DNA of 54,078 nt from an archaeon (GTDB lineage: Archaea; Nanobdellota; Nanobdellia; Pacearchaeales; GW2011-AR1): the NCBI GenBank assembly GCA_043810865.1, contig JBDRNS010000014.1, forward strand, positions 1 through 54,078, given 5' to 3'. A program made the position numbers and the translations under genes. The notes under the pieces are model-generated. The model saw only the letters and a list, made by a program, of their open reading frames with translations, was not told where the DNA came from and made no database searches. Positions 50,474-54,078 of this stretch are shown here, in pieces (position 1 is the stretch's first letter; each line of letters opens with the position of its first letter).

Positions 50474-50536
50474 CTGCTCGCCTTCGGCTCGCTTTAATTT
50501 GTCTCACTCGCAAACTCGCTCGAATTGATAATTTAA
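50474..50536 (+). repeat. Intergenic CG-motif repeats (two tandem units)
   Basis: CTGCTCGCCTTCGGCTCGCT followed by CTCACTCGCAAACTCGCTCGAATTGATAATTTAA. The latter closely matches copy E(rc) and 2093-2118. Confidence 0.5.
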
Positions 50537-50710
50537 TTTTAACAAAAAAGTTTTTTAGCGAGGAGATTAGAATTTACAAAGAGTATTAATGAATATTTTA
50601 ACATAGTAGCATTTTTAGTGTATGATGTGGGAAGTAAATCATGAACAAGTGAACACAAATTCTAAATTACCTACAGACAGATTTAAAAGTATAAATTTTC
50701 TCTTTAAAAC

Positions 50711-51025
50711 ATGGTAAAATTTCCAAGATTACAAAGAATCGCAGAAGAAGCAAAAGAGAGAATTAAGAATAGAGCTAAAGAAATAAATATGATTAGATAT
50801 GTTGTTGAGGAAGGATTCCTACCCTGGAACAACACAGACAGAATTAATGCGAACATTTTTCTTAATGGAGAATCAGAATATGGGGGGAAAGCTAGTAGAA
50901 GAGAAAGAGTAGATGCTTTTGAAGATATTGCAATGAAATTAATACTTTACGGCGCATCTGCATATTGGCTACATCGCGGATTAGAGAAGAGCGGTGCATA
51001 TGATTTGGTAAGCAGATTATTTTGA
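50711..51025 (+). CDS. Orphan 104-aa protein
   Basis: No motif recognised. Confidence 0.45.
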   Translation: MVKFPRLQRIAEEAKERIKNRAKEINMIRYVVEEGFLPWNNTDRINANIFLNGESEYGGKASRRERVDAFEDIAMKLILYGASAYWLHRGLEKSGAYDLVSRLF

Positions 51026-51066
51026 TAATTCTCAAGATTTTTAAACAACTTTTTATTATATTAAAC

Positions 51067-51552
51067 ATGGAAAACAAAAATGTCGGTTATTTGATTTTGG
51101 GAATTGCAGCGATACTTGTAGTAATAATTTTCCTTTTTCAAAATGCATTGAAAGAAATTGTCGCGGTTGGCTGTGATGTCGGGCACGGATTGGAATGTCC
51201 AATGTATGACACGATAAACCAGCAGACATGGCTCGCTCTTGCGATAGTCGGGATTTTGATAGTGATTTCCGGATTTTTAATTTTCTCGAAACAAAGTGAA
51301 AAAATTATCGTGAAGAAAGTGAAGGAAAAAGAAAAGAAGAAGAAAATAAACCTTGATGGTTTGGACAAAGATGAGAAAAAAGTTGTTCAGATTTTGCAGG
51401 AAGAAAACAACGCGATGTTCCAATCCGCGTTAATGGAAAAACTTGAAATCGGAAAAGTAAAATTGACAAGATTGCTTGACAAACTGGAAGCAAAACAATT
51501 CATAGAAAGAAAGCGAAGAGGAATGAATAATATTGTTGTGTTGAAGTCCTAA
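51067..51552 (+). CDS. Membrane-anchored winged-helix transcription regulator
   Basis: Two TM segments bracket a loop with GCDVGHGLEC. Cytoplasmic MarR/ArsR-like wHTH (EKKVVQILQEENNAMFQSALMEKLEIGKVKLTRLLDKLEAKQFIERKRRG). Start trimmed to ATG 51067. Confidence 0.6.
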   Translation: MENKNVGYLILGIAAILVVIIFLFQNALKEIVAVGCDVGHGLECPMYDTINQQTWLALAIVGILIVISGFLIFSKQSEKIIVKKVKEKEKKKKINLDGLDKDEKKVVQILQEENNAMFQSALMEKLEIGKVKLTRLLDKLEAKQFIERKRRGMNNIVVLKS

Positions 51553-51983
51553 CCAATCATCAAAACAGTCAAAAAAACAAAACTCCACCAACCAGTAAAT
51601 GAAACGATAAAACTTAACATTATTTTGTTCTGAAGTTCCTTAGGTAATAACTTGTTCTTTCCAAGCAATTTATCCAATCTTGGGCTTATGTAAAATGAAA
51701 GAAAACCGCCGTTCAAAATCAAAGCAAGAAGAATAAAACTTTTCCAATAAGCAATTGAAGAAAAGTCAAATAAAAATATCCAACTAATTAAAGCAATTAT
51801 TGTTCCTATCCAAATTAAGGGCTTTGTGACATGATGAGCTCTTATTGTTGTTTCTGTATTATATTTAGATTTTCTTGAAATAAATCCAAGAGTATCTATT
51901 ACTGTCACAGCTCCGAGTCCGATTATCATGCCTGCAATATGAAAAAACAAAGCCCAATTGTAATCTAATAACACCTCTAACAT
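51549..51983 (-). CDS. Integral membrane protein (4 TM)
   Basis: Hydrophobic profile. Convergent 4-nt overlap with the preceding gene. Confidence 0.55.
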   Translation of the reverse strand: MLEVLLDYNWALFFHIAGMIIGLGAVTVIDTLGFISRKSKYNTETTIRAHHVTKPLIWIGTIIALISWIFLFDFSSIAYWKSFILLALILNGGFLSFYISPRLDKLLGKNKLLPKELQNKIMLSFIVSFTGWWSFVFLTVLMIG

Positions 51984-52033
51984 TTTTTATTGAGTAAAGA
52001 AGCATATATAAATTTGTTGAACTTAATATTGAA

Positions 52034-52453
52034 ATGGTGAGGATAAATCTGTTAAATCCAGAAAAGCTCTCGGATCAACACCTGATTGCGGAATATAATG
52101 AAATTTTGATGTTGCTCGGCCACGTTAAGAAATTCCCTGAGATAAGAAATCAACCAAAGATGTACACTTTAGGAAAAGGGCATATTAATTTTTTTAAAGA
52201 CAAACTTTTCTATCTGAAGAAAAGACATGAAAAAATAAAGAAAGAGATGAAAAGGCGCGGTTTCAAGACAAATAAGAAAATTTCATTAAATGAGTTTGGA
52301 AGCAAGCATAAAAAACCTTGGCTCCCAACAAAAGAAGATTTCCTAATTATTAAAAAAAGAATCAAAAAACGAATAGGACAAAAGCCGAATTTTTACAGGC
52401 ATTATGGAGAAAAGAAATCAAAGAATTTTTTCCACAAGTTAATGGATGACTGA
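52034..52453 (+). CDS. Pyrimidine-dimer DNA glycosylase (T4 endonuclease V / DenV family)
   Basis: MVRINLLNPEKLSDQHLIAEYNE...GKGHINFFKDKLFYLKKRHEKIKKEMKRRGF parallels T4 DenV MTRINL...LADQHLMAEYRE...GAGHVTFFYDKLEFLRKR, including the catalytic Glu in AEYxE. Confidence 0.8.
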   Translation: MVRINLLNPEKLSDQHLIAEYNEILMLLGHVKKFPEIRNQPKMYTLGKGHINFFKDKLFYLKKRHEKIKKEMKRRGFKTNKKISLNEFGSKHKKPWLPTKEDFLIIKKRIKKRIGQKPNFYRHYGEKKSKNFFHKLMDD

Positions 52454-52902
52454 CAAAAGATATATAAAAATAATTTGATAGTTATTAAAATGAAACTCAA
52501 TTACAAAGTCCTGATAATATCGCTTATTGCGGTTTATTCTGTTGCGTTTTTGGGGGGTTTGTTCATGCTGTTAATGATGACAGGACAAAAATCATGAAAG
52601 AAAGTCAGTTAAAGAAGGGAAGTATTGAATACAAAATGAGTTTAATTATTGACACTCAGTTAAATTTAATCAGAAGAAAAAAGTAATAGAATCGGGAACT
52701 CGTCAATCCTACTAACCGCCTCAAAGGACGGAATTCGTCAGAGTCCTTTCATCTATTATGAATTATACAATAACAGAAACTATAAAAATATTTCGGTTTT
52801 TGAGTTTTAACGGAAAGGGTTTTAATCAAAAAGGGCGAAGTTGGGTGTCGTGTTGAAAGGATGATTCAATATATTTATATATGATTATGGTTTTTTGACA
52901 TA

Positions 52903-53121
52903 ATGAATTCTGAAAAAGAATGGAATTTCATAACAAAGGAAACACATAAAGAAAAGCCAACAAAAGAAAATTTGCTAAAAAGAGAAATGCTTTTTGCTTT
53001 GCAGGTTTTGCTTGCGAGCAGATATGAAATTGACAGAGAAGTTTATTGGAAGGTTAAGGGGATGTATTTTGGTGAAGGATGTCGTCCTCCGTTAGGAGGA
53101 ACTAATTTTTATAAACTATAA
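52903..53121 (+). CDS. Small hypothetical protein
   Basis: 72-aa ORF upstream of the methyltransferase. No motif recognised. Confidence 0.35.
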   Translation: MNSEKEWNFITKETHKEKPTKENLLKREMLFALQVLLASRYEIDREVYWKVKGMYFGEGCRPPLGGTNFYKL

Positions 53122-53136
53122 TTGCATAATTAATAT

Positions 53137-53901
53137 ATGAAAAAGAGAGATGAAGGTTTTCTTAATGTAATTAGTATAAAAAATAAAATTATTAAATCAG
53201 ACGCAGATAATTTTCTTAAAAAAATCCCCAATAATTTTATTGATTTAGTTGTAACCGATCCTCCTTATGGTATTGGGATAAGTTCTTGGGATCATAAAGC
53301 CCCAACAGGATGGTGTAGTGAAATACCCAGAATTTTAAAAGAAAATGGTTCATTACTAGTTTTTTGTGGCAAACAAAATAGATTTGAAGTTGAAAAAGCC
53401 CTTAGAGAATCTGGATTATATTTTTGGCAAGAATTAATCTGGATTTATGGTAATGGAGGGATAACTAGAAAAAGTTCATATAACGGACATCATGAACCGA
53501 TTCTTTGGTTTGTTAAAGATCAAACAAAATTTAAATTTAATATTAAAGGAAATTTATGGATAGATACTTGGACTGTTATAGATAGAGCAAGACCACAAAG
53601 AAATTTCAAAAAAGATAAAAAGATTCATCCTACTCAAAAAGCTTTAGAGGTAGTTAAAAAATTAATAGAGGAGCATTCAAATCCAGACGACATAGTCCTT
53701 GATTGTTTCATGGGTTCAGGAACAACAGCAGTCGCTTGTAAGCAATTAGGGAGAAACTTTATAGGGTTTGAAATTTCACCAGAATATTGTAAAATAGCAA
53801 ACAAAAGACTTGCACAGAATACTTTAAACCAACTAAAATCGGAGGGCATTTCTCCTCCCAATCCTAAAGGAATGGGTATCCAAAATGCAAAACTTATATG
53901 A
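53137..53901 (+). CDS. Beta-class DNA methyltransferase (N6-adenine or N4-cytosine)
   Basis: Motif IV VVTDPPYGI precedes motif I CFMGSGTTAVAC, the circular-permuted beta order of the N4/N6 MTase family. Confidence 0.8.
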   Translation: MKKRDEGFLNVISIKNKIIKSDADNFLKKIPNNFIDLVVTDPPYGIGISSWDHKAPTGWCSEIPRILKENGSLLVFCGKQNRFEVEKALRESGLYFWQELIWIYGNGGITRKSSYNGHHEPILWFVKDQTKFKFNIKGNLWIDTWTVIDRARPQRNFKKDKKIHPTQKALEVVKKLIEEHSNPDDIVLDCFMGSGTTAVACKQLGRNFIGFEISPEYCKIANKRLAQNTLNQLKSEGISPPNPKGMGIQNAKLI

Positions 53902-54078
53902 GAACATTAGATAAAAAATTTATGTTTTGGGGATGGGGAATAGACATAAAATTTTGGGAAGATACTCCCATCTTAGCTTTGCCTATTATTTTTTTATCTA
54001 ACGCCTTTTTGTTTTTAGCTTGGTTTTTTATCTCTATCCCAGTTTCAATTTTTATGCTTTTAGAAAGGAGAGATAAAA
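53898..54078 (+). CDS. Hydrophobic protein, 3' end outside window, coupled to the methyltransferase
   Basis: Its ATG overlaps the MTase stop (ATGA at 53898-53901). MRTLDKKFMFWGWGIDIKFWEDTPILALPIIFLSNAFLFLAWFFISIPVSIFML... is open to the window edge. Confidence 0.45.
   Translation, partial: MRTLDKKFMFWGWGIDIKFWEDTPILALPIIFLSNAFLFLAWFFISIPVSIFMLLERRDK

Noticed and set aside
52573-52610. C/D-box sRNA candidates (ATGATGA at 52573-52579; TGATGA at 622-627; TGATGCGA in the tRNA-Ile intron at 823-830)
   Set aside because: I could find no properly spaced CUGA D/D' boxes or terminal stem, and the intron box deviates from RUGAUGA.

Overview
Low-GC archaeal chromosome segment. It most likely comes from a small DPANN-type genome: it has archaeal PheRS alpha/beta, archaeal DnaG, RNase P Rpp30, TATA-box promoters and BHB-type tRNA introns. 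About 65 protein genes are tightly packed, with many ATGA/TAATG overlaps and abutting convergent stops. Housekeeping genes (thrS, trpS, pheS/pheT, pyrG, pyrH, ppsA, malic enzyme, smc, rnhB, dnaG, speH, htpX, lemA, cysQ) are interleaved with many short orphan, secreted or membrane proteins that look more AT-rich. There are seven tRNA genes; five carry long introns at 37/38, and one is a tRNA-Ile with a genomically encoded UAU anticodon. I recognised no rRNA, CRISPR array, integrase or transposase. Most notable observations: (1) an SMC-type ATPase with no hinge and a CxxC zinc-hook-like motif exactly at the coiled-coil midpoint; (2) a 40-nt segment of the tRNA-Ile intron repeated (36/40) as the 5' leader and Shine-Dalgarno region of smc; (3) a dispersed family of CG-containing intergenic repeats (exact 15-mer CTCACTTCGTTCGCA three times, many degenerate copies), often just after stop codons or flanking intron-bearing tRNAs; (4) a GC-rich 89-nt tRNA-like element that does not fold as a tRNA; (5) unusual protein architectures: editing-less ThrRS, pheS-mazG-nudix-pheT operon, receptor with a degenerate cyclase-homology domain, metalloprotease/AN1/CAP fusion. 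All functional calls come from motif recognition by eye, with no database search.
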